This document shows positions 8,474 through 18,499 of a stretch of 58,945 nt of DNA, piece after piece. The translations under genes were made by a program, and so were the position numbers. The stretch spans positions 1 to 58,945 of the forward strand of contig JBHOQO010000078.1 of assembly GCA_042408925.1 (NCBI GenBank), read 5' to 3'. This DNA is from Chloroflexota bacterium. GTDB lineage: Bacteria; Chloroflexota; Limnocylindria; Limnocylindrales; CSP1-4. Position 1 is the stretch's first letter. Every line of letters starts with the position of its first letter. The notes beneath the pieces are model-generated. The model had not been told where the DNA came from and made no database searches. It worked only from the letters and a program-made list of their open reading frames with translations.

Positions 8474-11400
8474 TCAGGCCGTCCGGGAGCGAACGGCTCG
8501 GAGGACGAGGCCCCGATAGCCGGGGACGAAGCCGGCGGCGAGGAGCCGCTCCCGCCACGGCGAGCCCCCGACCGGCAGCCCGTCGACCCGCTCGATGGCG
8601 AGCTCCCGGGAGCGACCGTCGAGGACGAGGGTCCGGAGGCCGGCGAGGGCGGCCGCCGCCACGGCCGGATCGTCGGCCGCGGGGAGCATGACGAGGGAGG
8701 TACCGCCCCGCTCGAGGTAGGCGACCGGCTCGCCGTCGACCAGGACGACGAACGCCCCCGCCGCCCGAGCCGGGCTCCGGCCCGGACCGTCGTCGCGCTC
8801 CGGCCACGGCAGGGCGGCCCCGTACGGGTTCGCCGGATCGGTGGCGGCGAGGACGTGGACGGCGGCCTCCGACCCGTTCGCGGACCGCAGCGCCCGGAGG
8901 CGATCGACGGCCGCCGGTGCCCCGAACTGGGCGCCGCCGAGCCCTTCGACGAAGTAGCCGCGCTGGACCCGGCCCGCCTCCTCCATCGCCCGGAGGACGC
9001 CGTAGACGGCCCCGAAGCCGCCGCCGGGACCGTCGGCGACGAGGCTCGCCCGCCCCACGACCCCGTACCGCTCGAGGAGGACGGTCGCCCAGGCGTGGGC
9101 CCGCTCCGTCGCCGCCGTCGCGACCCGGGGCGAGGCATCGGTCGCCCCGCCGACCGCCCCGTCGGTCGCCCCGCCGACCGCCCCGAACCGGACGAGCGAC
9201 CAGCGACCGGCCGCCTCGGGCGGACCGAGGCGGACGAGCCGCCCGGGCGGGGAAGCGCGCCGTCCGCTCGGCCGCCTCCAGCGGAGGGCCCGGAGCGGAG
9301 CAAACGTGTCGTTCGTCACCTCGCCGGCCCAGACGAGATCCCAGAGGGCGTCGAGGAGATCGCGCTCCCGGTGCGCGCCGACGAGGGCGGCGACGCCGGT
9401 CGCGATCGAGCGGAAGAAGGACGCCCCCCGGCGGGCGAGGTGGTCCCGGATCGCCTCATGGAGCGGTCCCGCCGGCCGCTCCTCCGGCGGGCGCGGCGGC
9501 GGAGCGAGCGAGTCCCGGCCGGGCCGCAGGAGGACGATCCGGCCGTCGTCACGCCCGCCGAGCGACCCGGCCCCGACCCAGCCGACCTCCCCGAGGGCGC
9601 CGAGCTCGTCGAGGAGACGGGGGACGTAGCCCGGGATCCGGGCCGGGAGGACGTCACGCTCGAGGACCGAGGCCGGGATCGGGTAGCCCGCGAGCTGGTC
9701 GAGGACGGCGACGAGCCGGTCGAGGGTCGCGGCGGGTCGGTCGAGGCTCGCGGCGGGTCGCGCGGCGGGAGCGTCGCCCGGCGGCAGCGGCGATACCTCC
9801 GCCGCCCGGACCCCCTGCCAGGCCAGGAGGAAGCGGGCGTACGTCGCCCCGTCAACCGGTTCGACCTCGCGCCGAAGCCGAGCGACGGAGCGCCGTCGAA
9901 GCGCCCGGAGGACACCGGGCTCGCACCATTCGACCCCCTCGCCCCCCGATCGGAAGGCGCCCCGGACGACGGCGTCGCGGGCCGCGAGGCCCTCGAGGAC
10001 GGCCGCGACCGTCGCCTCGGCGATCCCCCAGCGGAGCGCCGGCTCGCGGGCGACGAAGGGACCGTGGGTCCGGGCCCAACGGACGAGGAGCGTCTCCAAC
10101 GGCGCCGGCTCGGCGGCGAGGAAGGCGTCCGGGACCCCCGGCGGCGGCGCGGCACCGACGGCGTCCCGGTACCGGCCGACGTCCTCGACGGCGACGTAGC
10201 GCTCCTCGCCAGCGATCCGGAGCCGGACGATCCGGCGGGCGGCCTCGAGCTCGCCGAGCCAGCGTGCGACCGTCGCAGCGTCGGCGGCCGCCCGGTCGGC
10301 GAGTTCGTCGGCCCGGAGGTCGCCGAGGCGCCGGAGGAGATCGGCGAGCCCGTCGGCCGAGCGGGCCCGTCGCGACTCGGCGAGGGCCTGGAGCTCGAGC
10401 TCGTGGGCGGCAACGGCGTCGGGGTCGAGAAGCTCCCGGAGCTCGTCGGCCCCGAGGAGCTCGCGGAGGAGGCCGCGGTCGAGGCTGAGCGCCCCCGCCC
10501 GCCGCTCGGCGAGCGGGGCGTCGCCCTCGTACATGTAGAGGGCGACGTAGTCAAAGAGGAGGGAGCTCGCAAAGGGCGAGGGGCGCGGCGTCTCGACCCG
10601 GTGAACCTCGACCTCCCGCCGGGCGACGGCGGCGAGCAGCTCGCGGAGCGCCGGGACGTCGAAGACGTCGACGAGGCACTCGCGGACCGTCTCGACGAGG
10701 ATCGGGAACGAGGGATGGCGGCGGGCGACGGCGAGGAGATCGGCGGCCCGGCGGCGCTGCTGCCAGAGCGGCGTCCGGCTCCCCGGTCGACGACGCGGGA
10801 GGAGGAAGGCGCGGGCGGCGTTCTCCCGGAAGCGGGCGGCGAAGACCGGGCTCGCCTCGAGCCCCTCGAGGACGAGACCCTCGATCTCCTCCGGGGTCGG
10901 GAAGAGGAGCGCCTCCGCGGCGCCCGGTTCGCCCTCGGGGAGCCGGAGGGCGATCCCGTCGTCGGACCAGATCCCGGCGACCTCCGTGCCGAGCCGCTCG
11001 CCGAGCCGGCGCTGGAGGGCGAGGGCCCAGGGGGCGTGGACCCGACCGCCGAAGGGCGAGAGGATGACGAGCCGCCAGTCACCGAGCTCGTCGCAGAAGC
11101 GCTCGACGACGATCCGCCGATCGGTCGGCAGCGCCCCGCAGATCGCCCGCTCCTCCTCGACGTAGGCGAGGAGGTTCTCGGCCGCCCGCTCGTCGAGGTC
11201 GTGCTCGACCCGGAGGCGTCGGGCAGCCGCCGCCCGACCCGCGGATCCGTCGGCGAGGGCCCCCTCGAGCTCGCGGACAAACGCCCCGAGCGCCCGTCCG
11301 AGCTCGACCGGCCGGCCGACCCCGTCGCCCTTCCAGAACGGGAGCTTGCCGGGTTCGCCGGGGGCCGGGCTGACGAGGACCCGGTCGGGCGTGATGTCCT

Positions 11401-13150
11401 CGATCCGCCAGGCCGTGGCGCCGAGGACGATGACCTCCCCGACCCGGGTCTCGTAGACCATCTCCTCGTCGAGCTCGCCGACCCGCCGCCCGGGGCGCCC
11501 GCCCTCGCCGACCATGAAGACCCCGTAGAGGCCCCGATCGGGGATCGTCCCTGCCGAGGTGACGGCGACGGTCCGGGCGTCGCGCCGCCCCTCGATCCGC
11601 CCGGCGACCCGGTCCCAGACGATCCGCGGCCGCAGCTCGGCGAAGGCCTCGTCCGCGTACGCCCCGGCGAGCATCCCGAGGACGGCCTCGAAGGCGCTCC
11701 GGGAGAGGTGCTCGTACGGGGCGGCCCGGGTCACGACCCGCCACAGCTCGTCGACCGACCAGGCGTCCATGACGGCCATGGCCACGATCTGCTGGGCGAG
11801 GACGTCGAGCGGGTTTCGGGGGATCGTCGTCGTCTCGATGGCACCGTCCCGCATCCGTCGGGCGACGACGGCGGCCTCGAGGAGGTCGCCGCGGAACTTC
11901 GGGACGATCCGGCCCCGGCTGGCAAGCCCGACCCGGTGCCCCGCCCGGCCGATCCGCTGGAGCCCCGAGGCGACGGACGGCGGCGATTCGACGCAGACGA
12001 CCGCGTCGACGGCGCCCATGTCGATCCCGAGCTCGAGGCTGCTCGTCGCGACGAGGGCCGGGAGCCGCCCCGCCTTCAGCGCCTCCTCGATCGCCCGCCG
12101 CTCTTCCGGCGCGACGCTCCCGTGATGGGCCCGGGCGATCGGCTCGCCGGCGAGCTCGTTCAGGCGCCCGGCGAGGCGCTCGGCAAGGCGACGGCTGTTC
12201 ACGAAGACGAGGGTGCTCCGGTGCGCCCGGATCTCGGCAAGGAGGGCCGGGTAGATCGCCGGCCAGATGCTCCGTCGGGCCTCGGCCTCGGCGAGGACGG
12301 CCGGGCCGCCGGGCTGCTCGTCGGGCGGTAGGACCTCGCCGAGGCGGGCCATGTCGTCGACGGGGACGACGACGGCCAGGTCGAGGTTCGGGCGTTCCCC
12401 GGCATCGACGATCCGGACGGCCCGGTCGGGGCCGATCCCGCCGAGGAAGCGGGCGATCGTCTCGAGGGGTCGTTGCGTCGCCGAGAGGCCGATCCGCTGG
12501 AGGCGGGGGGCGTCGGGGCTGCGAAGGGCTTCGAGCCGCTCGAGGCTGAGGGCGAGGTGGGCCCCGCGCTTCGTTCCGGCGAGGGCGTGGACCTCGTCGA
12601 CGATGACGACCTCGATCCGCCGGAGGATCTCCCGGGCGGCGCTCGTGAGGAGGAGGTAGAGCGACTCGGGGGTCGTGACGAGGATGTCCGGCGGGTCGGC
12701 CGCGATCCGCCGTCGGTCCTCGGCAGGGGTATCGCCGGTCCGGACGGCGATCCGGACGTCCCGGACCGGCGTCCCCAGGCGCTCGGCGGCCCGGGCGATC
12801 CCGGCCAGCGGCGCCCGAAGGTTCCGTTCGATGTCGTAGGCGAGGGCCTTGAGCGGTGAGACGTAGAGGACACGGACGCCCGCGCGTCGCGCTCCGGTCC
12901 CGGGGTCGACGGGCTCGCTCACCCCCGGCTCGGCGTCCGGGGCGGTCAGGCGGTCGAGGCAGGCGAGGAAGGCGGCGAGGGTCTTGCCGCTGCCGGTCGG
13001 GGCGTGGATGAGGACGTGCTCGCCCGAGGCGATGGCATCCCAGCCGCCGACCTGGGCCGGCGTCGGGGCCTCGAAGGTCGCCCGGAACCAGGCCCGGACC
13101 GGGGGCCGGAAGCGCTCGAGGGGGTCGGCGGGAGCGGAGGCGGGGGCCAC
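8474..13150 (-). CDS. lhr: Full-length Lhr helicase (~1558 aa)
   Basis: APTGSGKT, DEVH, SAT, AHHGS, TSSLELGIDMG, QRIGRAGH; C-terminal DPANPYG; GTG 13150 with TATACT 9 nt upstream. Confidence 0.95.
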   Translation of the reverse strand: MAPASAPADPLERFRPPVRAWFRATFEAPTPAQVGGWDAIASGEHVLIHAPTGSGKTLAAFLACLDRLTAPDAEPGVSEPVDPGTGARRAGVRVLYVSPLKALAYDIERNLRAPLAGIARAAERLGTPVRDVRIAVRTGDTPAEDRRRIAADPPDILVTTPESLYLLLTSAAREILRRIEVVIVDEVHALAGTKRGAHLALSLERLEALRSPDAPRLQRIGLSATQRPLETIARFLGGIGPDRAVRIVDAGERPNLDLAVVVPVDDMARLGEVLPPDEQPGGPAVLAEAEARRSIWPAIYPALLAEIRAHRSTLVFVNSRRLAERLAGRLNELAGEPIARAHHGSVAPEERRAIEEALKAGRLPALVATSSLELGIDMGAVDAVVCVESPPSVASGLQRIGRAGHRVGLASRGRIVPKFRGDLLEAAVVARRMRDGAIETTTIPRNPLDVLAQQIVAMAVMDAWSVDELWRVVTRAAPYEHLSRSAFEAVLGMLAGAYADEAFAELRPRIVWDRVAGRIEGRRDARTVAVTSAGTIPDRGLYGVFMVGEGGRPGRRVGELDEEMVYETRVGEVIVLGATAWRIEDITPDRVLVSPAPGEPGKLPFWKGDGVGRPVELGRALGAFVRELEGALADGSAGRAAAARRLRVEHDLDERAAENLLAYVEEERAICGALPTDRRIVVERFCDELGDWRLVILSPFGGRVHAPWALALQRRLGERLGTEVAGIWSDDGIALRLPEGEPGAAEALLFPTPEEIEGLVLEGLEASPVFAARFRENAARAFLLPRRRPGSRTPLWQQRRRAADLLAVARRHPSFPILVETVRECLVDVFDVPALRELLAAVARREVEVHRVETPRPSPFASSLLFDYVALYMYEGDAPLAERRAGALSLDRGLLRELLGADELRELLDPDAVAAHELELQALAESRRARSADGLADLLRRLGDLRADELADRAAADAATVARWLGELEAARRIVRLRIAGEERYVAVEDVGRYRDAVGAAPPPGVPDAFLAAEPAPLETLLVRWARTHGPFVAREPALRWGIAEATVAAVLEGLAARDAVVRGAFRSGGEGVEWCEPGVLRALRRRSVARLRREVEPVDGATYARFLLAWQGVRAAEVSPLPPGDAPAARPAASLDRPAATLDRLVAVLDQLAGYPIPASVLERDVLPARIPGYVPRLLDELGALGEVGWVGAGSLGGRDDGRIVLLRPGRDSLAPPPRPPEERPAGPLHEAIRDHLARRGASFFRSIATGVAALVGAHRERDLLDALWDLVWAGEVTNDTFAPLRALRWRRPSGRRASPPGRLVRLGPPEAAGRWSLVRFGAVGGATDGAVGGATDASPRVATAATERAHAWATVLLERYGVVGRASLVADGPGGGFGAVYGVLRAMEEAGRVQRGYFVEGLGGAQFGAPAAVDRLRALRSANGSEAAVHVLAATDPANPYGAALPWPERDDGPGRSPARAAGAFVVLVDGEPVAYLERGGTSLVMLPAADDPAVAAAALAGLRTLVLDGRSRELAIERVDGLPVGGSPWRERLLAAGFVPGYRGLVLRAVRSRTA

Positions 13151-13294
13151 GGGGCTCCGAGTATAGGCAGCCGGGCCGACCGCCCCATTGGGGGCCGCGA
13201 AATGACGACCGGCCGGAGTTCCGGCCGGTCGTCCTCGGCGGGGGTGGGTCGTCGGCGGTCGTTCGGTCGCCTCCGGGCGACCGAACATGGGTCG

Positions 13295-13852
13295 TCAGGC
13301 GGCCGCGGGCGCGGGATCACCCGAGAAGAGCCAGCGCCGCAGGCCGGGCCCGACGCTGTCCATGAGGTAGGCGTCGAGGCCGTAGTACTTACCGGCGCCG
13401 AGCCCGTAGAGCGTCGCGCCGACGAGGGCGTACGTGAGGTGCTGGTTCACGATCCCGAACTCGAAGTCCCAGGCGGCGACGAAGAAGATGAGCATCATCA
13501 GCGTCGCCATCGCCGCCCCGAAGCGGGTCAGGAGCCCGAGGATGAGGCTGATCCCGATCCCGATCTGGCCGAGCGGAACGAGGTAGTTGATGATCGTCAG
13601 CGCCGTCTCGTTGTTCGCCAGGGCGACCCAGAAGTCGTGGGTCGGGTTGAAGACCGTCCCCTCGGCGACCTCCCCGGTCACGAAGGGCCAGCCGAGGGTA
13701 CCCAGGGTCCCGAACTTCAGGAACCCCGCCGCCGACCAGGTCCCGAGACCCGACCCGACGGCCTTCTCGAGGCCGGCCCACAAGAAGATGACGCCGACGC
13801 CGATCCGCAGGAGCGCGACGCCGAGCTGGTGATACTTCGCCGTGATCTGCAT
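13295..13852 (-). CDS. DoxX/DoxD family membrane protein
   Basis: AAGGAGG SD; LLRIGVGVIFLWAGLEK, LILGLLTR, GAGKYYGLD. Confidence 0.85.
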   Translation of the reverse strand: MQITAKYHQLGVALLRIGVGVIFLWAGLEKAVGSGLGTWSAAGFLKFGTLGTLGWPFVTGEVAEGTVFNPTHDFWVALANNETALTIINYLVPLGQIGIGISLILGLLTRFGAAMATLMMLIFFVAAWDFEFGIVNQHLTYALVGATLYGLGAGKYYGLDAYLMDSVGPGLRRWLFSGDPAPAAA

Positions 13853-13931
13853 GGTGGACCCTCCTTGTCCCGACCCGTCCAAGCGGTCCCTCGGGACAAC
13901 CCTACGACGGATCGTTCTCGAGGACAAGCAT

Positions 13932-13948
13932 GCAGATTCGATATCTGC
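13932..13948. promoter_or_regulatory. Palindromic operator candidate upstream of doxX
   Basis: GCAGAT-TCGAT-ATCTGC in an AT-richer patch. Confidence 0.45.
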
Positions 13949-14008
13949 GCATGTGCTGCCGATGGTCACGAAAGCGGGGGGCGACATCGACCGCCGACGA
14001 GGGCCCGG

Positions 14009-14044
14009 TCGGCCCCGAAGGCCGTATCGGCCCCGAAGGCCGTG
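14009..14044. repeat. 18-bp tandem duplication of a small hairpin, possible terminator after acuC
   Basis: TCGGCCCCGAAGGCCGT(A/G) x2. Confidence 0.7.
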
Positions 14045-14058
14045 CGCCCGGCGCAGAC

Positions 14059-15849
14059 TCAGCGAGGCCGGGTGAGCCGCCCCGCCACCGCCTCGGGGTC
14101 CGCGGCGGCGACGGAGGGAGGGACCGCCTCGAGCCGCATCCCGGCTCCCTCGAGGAGCCGGACGGCGGCCTCGCGCCGTTCGCGCCGGGAGACCGGGGCG
14201 ACGACATCACGCTCGGCGGCCGTCACGAGCACCACGAGCGACCGCCCGGGCGGCACGGCCTCGCCGAGGTGTCGGAGGAGGGCCCGACCGAGGCCGCGGC
14301 CACGCCGGCCCGGAGCGACCCCGACGACGAGGAGGCGATCGACTGCGGGCCCGGTCGGAGCGACCCCGCCGGCAACGGCGTCGGCGCCCGGAGCCCGGTC
14401 CGGGGCCGCCACGGCCAACCCGACGACGAGGTCCCCGGCGACCGCCGCGACCCCATAGGCCCCGTCGGCGAGGGCGGCACCGAGGATCGCCCGGAGGTCG
14501 GCGGCGTCCCGCGGCGGGCCGAGGCGCTCGGCGAGGCGGACCCGGTCGAGGAGCCCCTGCTCGAGGGGCACGATCGCCGGCTCCAGGGCCGGGTCGTCGG
14601 GGGCTCCGACCTCCACGGCCCGATCGCCCGGCTTCCGGCCCTCGTCGGGCGCCGGGGCATCGTCGAGGGGCGACCACCAGCCCCGGTCGACCGCCTCCCG
14701 GACGAGCGCCGGCACGACGAGCGTCCGGACGAGGGCGACGGCCGCCGCCGCCTGCTCCTCCGCCGCCTCCTGTTCGGGCCGGACCGGCAACCCGGCGTTC
14801 GGCGGATCCTCGAAGATCGTCGGCAGCGGCGCCTGGCCGTACCGGGCCGCCTCGGCCGCCCACCGCTCCCGCCAGCCGGGGTCGATCGCGGGCGGGCTCG
14901 GGCGGTGCGCGCCGGCGAGCCAGGTCAGGGCCCAGGTCCTCGGCACAACTCGATAGACGTCGTAGCCGCCGCCCCCCGTCGCGAGCCAGCGCCCGCCGGC
15001 ATAGCGGTGGGCGACCCGATCGACGAGTCGGGCCGCCGCCCCCATCGCCGTCGTCGTGACGCGGAGGTGGGCGAGCGGGTCGAAGGCGTGGCTGTCGGCT
15101 CCGTGCTGGCTGACGACGAGGTCCGGTCCGAAGGTCGCCCCGAGCTCGGGCACGAGCCGCTCCACGGCGGCGAGCCAGGCCGCCTCGCCCGTGTACGGCT
15201 CCAGGGGGACGTTGACGGCCGTCGCCGCGGCCGCCCCCGGCCCGAGCTCCTCGACGAAGCCGCTCCCCGGGAAGAGGTAGCGCCCCGATTCGTGGATGCT
15301 GAAGGTGAGGACGCCCGGATCGGCGAGGTGGAGCGCCTGGACGCCGTCGCCGTGATGGACGTCGAGGTCGACGTAGAGGACGCGCAGGCCGGCCGCCCGG
15401 GCCCGGGCGACGGCGAGGGCCGGGTCGTTGTAGATGCAGAAGCCCGAGGCGCGGTCGGCGCGGGCGTGATGGAGACCGCCGCCCGGATGGAAGGCGTGCG
15501 CGACGTCGCCCCGGAGGATCGCCTCGACGGCCGCCAGGGAGCCGCCGGCGACGGCCGCCGCCGCCTCGTGCATCCCGGGGAACGGCGGGTTGTCCCCCGG
15601 CCCGATCCCCGCGGCCGGCGGGAGGCCCGGCTCCTCCGAGAACCGGCGAACGGTTCGAATGTAGGCGGCCGTGTGGCAGGCGAGGAGCGCCTCCTCGGGC
15701 GCCGGTAGCGGAGCCAACCCCGGCTCGCCGCCGAGGGTTCGAATGAGGTCGATCCCCGGCCCGAAGCGGCGCGGGGTGAGGGGGTGGCCGGGGCCGAAGT
15801 CGTAGCGCTCCGACCACGGCCCGAAGACGAGGAGCGGTTCGGACGCCAT
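14059..15849 (-). CDS. acuC: AcuC/HDAC-family Zn deacetylase fused to a C-terminal GNAT (AcuA-like) domain
   Basis: GHPLTPRR, GGGLHHA, SGFCIYND, DLDVHHGDG, SIHESG, GADSH, GGGGY; C-terminal VGVAPGRRGRGLGRALL (GNAT motif A). Confidence 0.88.
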   Translation of the reverse strand: MASEPLLVFGPWSERYDFGPGHPLTPRRFGPGIDLIRTLGGEPGLAPLPAPEEALLACHTAAYIRTVRRFSEEPGLPPAAGIGPGDNPPFPGMHEAAAAVAGGSLAAVEAILRGDVAHAFHPGGGLHHARADRASGFCIYNDPALAVARARAAGLRVLYVDLDVHHGDGVQALHLADPGVLTFSIHESGRYLFPGSGFVEELGPGAAAATAVNVPLEPYTGEAAWLAAVERLVPELGATFGPDLVVSQHGADSHAFDPLAHLRVTTTAMGAAARLVDRVAHRYAGGRWLATGGGGYDVYRVVPRTWALTWLAGAHRPSPPAIDPGWRERWAAEAARYGQAPLPTIFEDPPNAGLPVRPEQEAAEEQAAAAVALVRTLVVPALVREAVDRGWWSPLDDAPAPDEGRKPGDRAVEVGAPDDPALEPAIVPLEQGLLDRVRLAERLGPPRDAADLRAILGAALADGAYGVAAVAGDLVVGLAVAAPDRAPGADAVAGGVAPTGPAVDRLLVVGVAPGRRGRGLGRALLRHLGEAVPPGRSLVVLVTAAERDVVAPVSRRERREAAVRLLEGAGMRLEAVPPSVAAADPEAVAGRLTRPR

Positions 15850-15940
15850 CGGCGGCCCACGATACCCGGTCGGCGCGCGCCGGGATCGGGGTTCCTGCGC
15901 GCGACAGCCCGACGCTCGTCGATTCGGCTACGATGCCGCC

Positions 15941-16144
15941 GTGAGCGACGTCGCCCTCGTCCTGATCCTCCTCATCATCCTCGCCCTCATCGCCCGCGGC
16001 CCGAAGACGCTCCCGAAGCTCGGCGAGGCCCTCGGCCGCGGCATCCGCGAGGCGCGCCGCGAAGCCCGGGAGCTGAGCGGCGGAGAGACGGAGACGAAGG
16101 AGCGGGACGCGTCGGCGCGGGACGATCAGTCCGGGAGCACCTAA
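15941..16144 (+). CDS. tatA: Twin-arginine translocase TatA/E subunit
   Basis: TM helix then GPKTLPKLGEALGRGIRE; TACGAT 6 nt before GTG. Confidence 0.88.
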   Translation: MSDVALVLILLIILALIARGPKTLPKLGEALGRGIREARREARELSGGETETKERDASARDDQSGST

Positions 16145-16518
16145 TCCCGGCTCCGCTCCGGATCGGTCGCCCGGCCCTCCCCACCGGGGGCCCGAATCGC
16201 CCCCTCGATGCTGTCGCGGACCCAACCAGCGTACGCCTCGTCGACGCCGGCCGGCTCGAGGAGGACGATCTCCGGGACCTCGTACGGGTGGAGCTCCCGA
16301 AGCCTCAGGACGAGGGCGTCCGAGCGGTCGCGCGTCGTCTTGCAGCGAAGGAGCCATTCGCTCGCCCCGGTCACGGCGCCCGCCCACCAGTAGACGCTCT
16401 GGAGCGGGCCGACGATCTGGGCGCAGGCGGCGAGGCGCTCGGCGACGAGGGCGTCGGCGAGGACCCGGGCGTCGTCCTCCGACCCGACGGTCGTCTCGAG
16501 GATCAGAACGTCGGTCAT
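16141..16518 (-). CDS. cutA: Divalent-cation tolerance protein CutA
   Basis: LVAERLAACAQ, SVYWW, KTT, HPYEVPEI. Confidence 0.92.
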   Translation of the reverse strand: MTDVLILETTVGSEDDARVLADALVAERLAACAQIVGPLQSVYWWAGAVTGASEWLLRCKTTRDRSDALVLRLRELHPYEVPEIVLLEPAGVDEAYAGWVRDSIEGAIRAPGGEGRATDPERSRD

Positions 16519-16815
16519 CGGTCACCTCCGCGCTCGGTCGTGTCTCCCCCACCCGGTGAGCCGGGCTTTTCCGCCCCAGGCCAGATCGTCGCACTCGGAT
16601 GCGCGAGGCGCCGGGCTGACATCAACACCGCCCGGGGCCAGTCGCCGGAGTCGCCTTCGGCAGGTCGAGGAGTGGTCGCTGGCCCGTGAGGTCACGGGCG
16701 TAGGCCGGCCGGGTGCCCCGCGGCGGCCAGCTCCTGCGGAAAGCCACGCGACACTCGGCGCCGCGCCTTGGCGTCCCGCGTTCGTTCAGAGCTGCGATCG
16801 ACGCTATCTTTCTAG

Positions 16816-16845
16816 TTGACCACGGATGGCCCTCCGTGGTATACA
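16816..16845 (+). promoter_or_regulatory. Sigma70-type promoter with embedded palindromic operator
   Basis: TTGACC-N18-TATACA with TG extension; ACCACGGA-N6-TCCGTGGT at 16819-16840. Confidence 0.7.
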
Positions 16846-16881
16846 TTATCATTTATTCAAAGCACGGTCGGAGGACGCGGC

Positions 16882-17487
16882 ATGAACGCGAAGCGGCTCA
16901 CAACCGTCGTCTTGGCTCTCGCTGCCGGCGTGGCACTTCTCTCACCCCTGTCCAACCCGAGTGCAACAGCGGCGGATCTGCCTCGGCTTCCTCGAGACGC
17001 CGCAGACTGGGAGACATTTACACCTGACGAGCGTAAGGCAGCGCTCGACTATGAGTGGCAACGCTTCCAGGCCGCGCTCGCGGCCGGAACGGCGCGGATC
17101 GAAGCCATCCTTGGGACTGCCGGGGCTGGTGACAGCACCTCCGTCTCTGCCACGAGCGCCTGGGCGCAGTGCGGATTCCAGGTTTCGAACGCGGGGCTGA
17201 GTCGGTACGTCCGCGGCGGCGGCACCACGACCGCCAGCACGCTCATGGATTACATCTACGCGAGCAAGAGTACCCGTCAGGGCCAGTTCATCCGGGATGG
17301 GGTGCTCAAGGGGAACTGGTACCGTTCCCTCACGGACGCCTCCTACGTGGAGGCCTGGACGGGGTGGGACCATAGCTGGCAGTGGGAACATCCCCGGTAC
17401 ACATCGAACGGATGGCACGGCGCGCTCAAGGATTCCACCTGGTACCTCGGCCCGGATGCACCCTGCTCCTACAGCTGGACGCCGTAG
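16882..17487 (+). CDS. Secreted hypothetical protein (201 aa), candidate bacteriocin-like precursor
   Basis: GGAGGA SD; Sec signal ending ATA-A; Trp/Tyr/Gly/Ser-rich C-terminal domain with two Cys; lower GC than flanks. Confidence 0.75.
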   Translation: MNAKRLTTVVLALAAGVALLSPLSNPSATAADLPRLPRDAADWETFTPDERKAALDYEWQRFQAALAAGTARIEAILGTAGAGDSTSVSATSAWAQCGFQVSNAGLSRYVRGGGTTTASTLMDYIYASKSTRQGQFIRDGVLKGNWYRSLTDASYVEAWTGWDHSWQWEHPRYTSNGWHGALKDSTWYLGPDAPCSYSWTP

Positions 17488-17494
17488 GGAGAAG

Positions 17495-18499
17495 TTGGAG
17501 ATCCACCATCGCGAGCGGGCAACCGGGGCTGACGGCCGGCAAGAAGCGGGAGGGAGCGCAGGATCGGCCGTCGAGCTTCGCCGCGTCTCGAAGCGGTTCG
17601 GGCGCGTCCGGGCAATTGATGCGCTCTCGCTTCAGGTTCCGCTCGGCAGCATCTTCGGTTTGGTCGGCCCGAACGGCGCGGGCAAGACGACCCTCCTCCG
17701 CCTCCTCGTCGGGTTGCTCCGCCCCGACGAGGGGACGGTCCTCGTGCTTGGCGCGCCTCCCCGCACGGCGCTCCGTCACGTCGGAGCGATGATCGACCGA
17801 CCCGCTTTCTATCCGCACCTGTCGGGTCGTGACAATCTGCGCGTCATCGCCCGTGCCGGAGGCGTTCCAGGTCGGGAGATCGAGGCCCGCTGTTCCCAGG
17901 TCCTCGAGCTCACCGGGCTCGCATCGGCGGGCGACCGGCGAGTTTCGGGCTACTCGACCGGCATGAAGCAGCGCCTGGGAGTCGCAGCCGCCTTGCTCGC
18001 AAGCCCACGCCTCGTCCTGCTCGATGAGCCGACGAGCGGGCTCGATCCACAGGGAATCGTCGACCTCCGGGCACTGATCCGCCAACTCGCCGGGGAAGAC
18101 GTCACGATCATCCTCTCGAGCCACCTCCTCGGGGAGGTCGAGCGCATCTGCTCAGCGATCGCCCTCATCGACCGAGGCCAGCTGCGCTGGTCCGGCCCGA
18201 TGTCCGCCCTCTTGGACCAAAGTGAGCTCCGTGTTCGTCTCGAGAACGACTCGGCGCTCACGCGGGCCGAGCTCGTCCTCAGCAACCTCTCCCTCCGGGT
18301 CCGACGAGACCCGGCAATGCCAGATGCACTCCTCCTCTCGTCGGTCCCGCCGGGCCTGAACATCACCGCCGCCCTGGCTTCGAACGGCCTCTATCCGACG
18401 GAGCTCACCGCGATCAAGCCGACGCTCGAGGAGTCGTTCCTGAAACTCCTCGCCGAGGTCCAGGCCCCGAGTCCGGAGCCAGGCGAGTCGGGGCGATGA
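17495..18499 (+). CDS. ABC transporter ATP-binding protein (BcrA/multidrug type)
   Basis: GPNGAGKTT, YSTGMKQRLG, LLDEPTSGLDP, SSHLL; probable TTG start at 17495. Confidence 0.92.
   Translation: MEIHHRERATGADGRQEAGGSAGSAVELRRVSKRFGRVRAIDALSLQVPLGSIFGLVGPNGAGKTTLLRLLVGLLRPDEGTVLVLGAPPRTALRHVGAMIDRPAFYPHLSGRDNLRVIARAGGVPGREIEARCSQVLELTGLASAGDRRVSGYSTGMKQRLGVAAALLASPRLVLLDEPTSGLDPQGIVDLRALIRQLAGEDVTIILSSHLLGEVERICSAIALIDRGQLRWSGPMSALLDQSELRVRLENDSALTRAELVLSNLSLRVRRDPAMPDALLLSSVPPGLNITAALASNGLYPTELTAIKPTLEESFLKLLAEVQAPSPEPGESGR

Noticed and set aside
8282-12331. 1349-aa plus-strand ORF and similar giant antisense ORFs (27254-30403, 36144-39971, 42696-45782, 45427-49131, 54235-57006)
   Set aside because: Shadow frames opposite well-supported genes, expected at this GC content
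16682-16699. GCCCGTGA-GG-TCACGGGC palindrome as a CRP site or islet boundary
   Set aside because: Spacer too short for CRP and no matching copy at the other end of the islet
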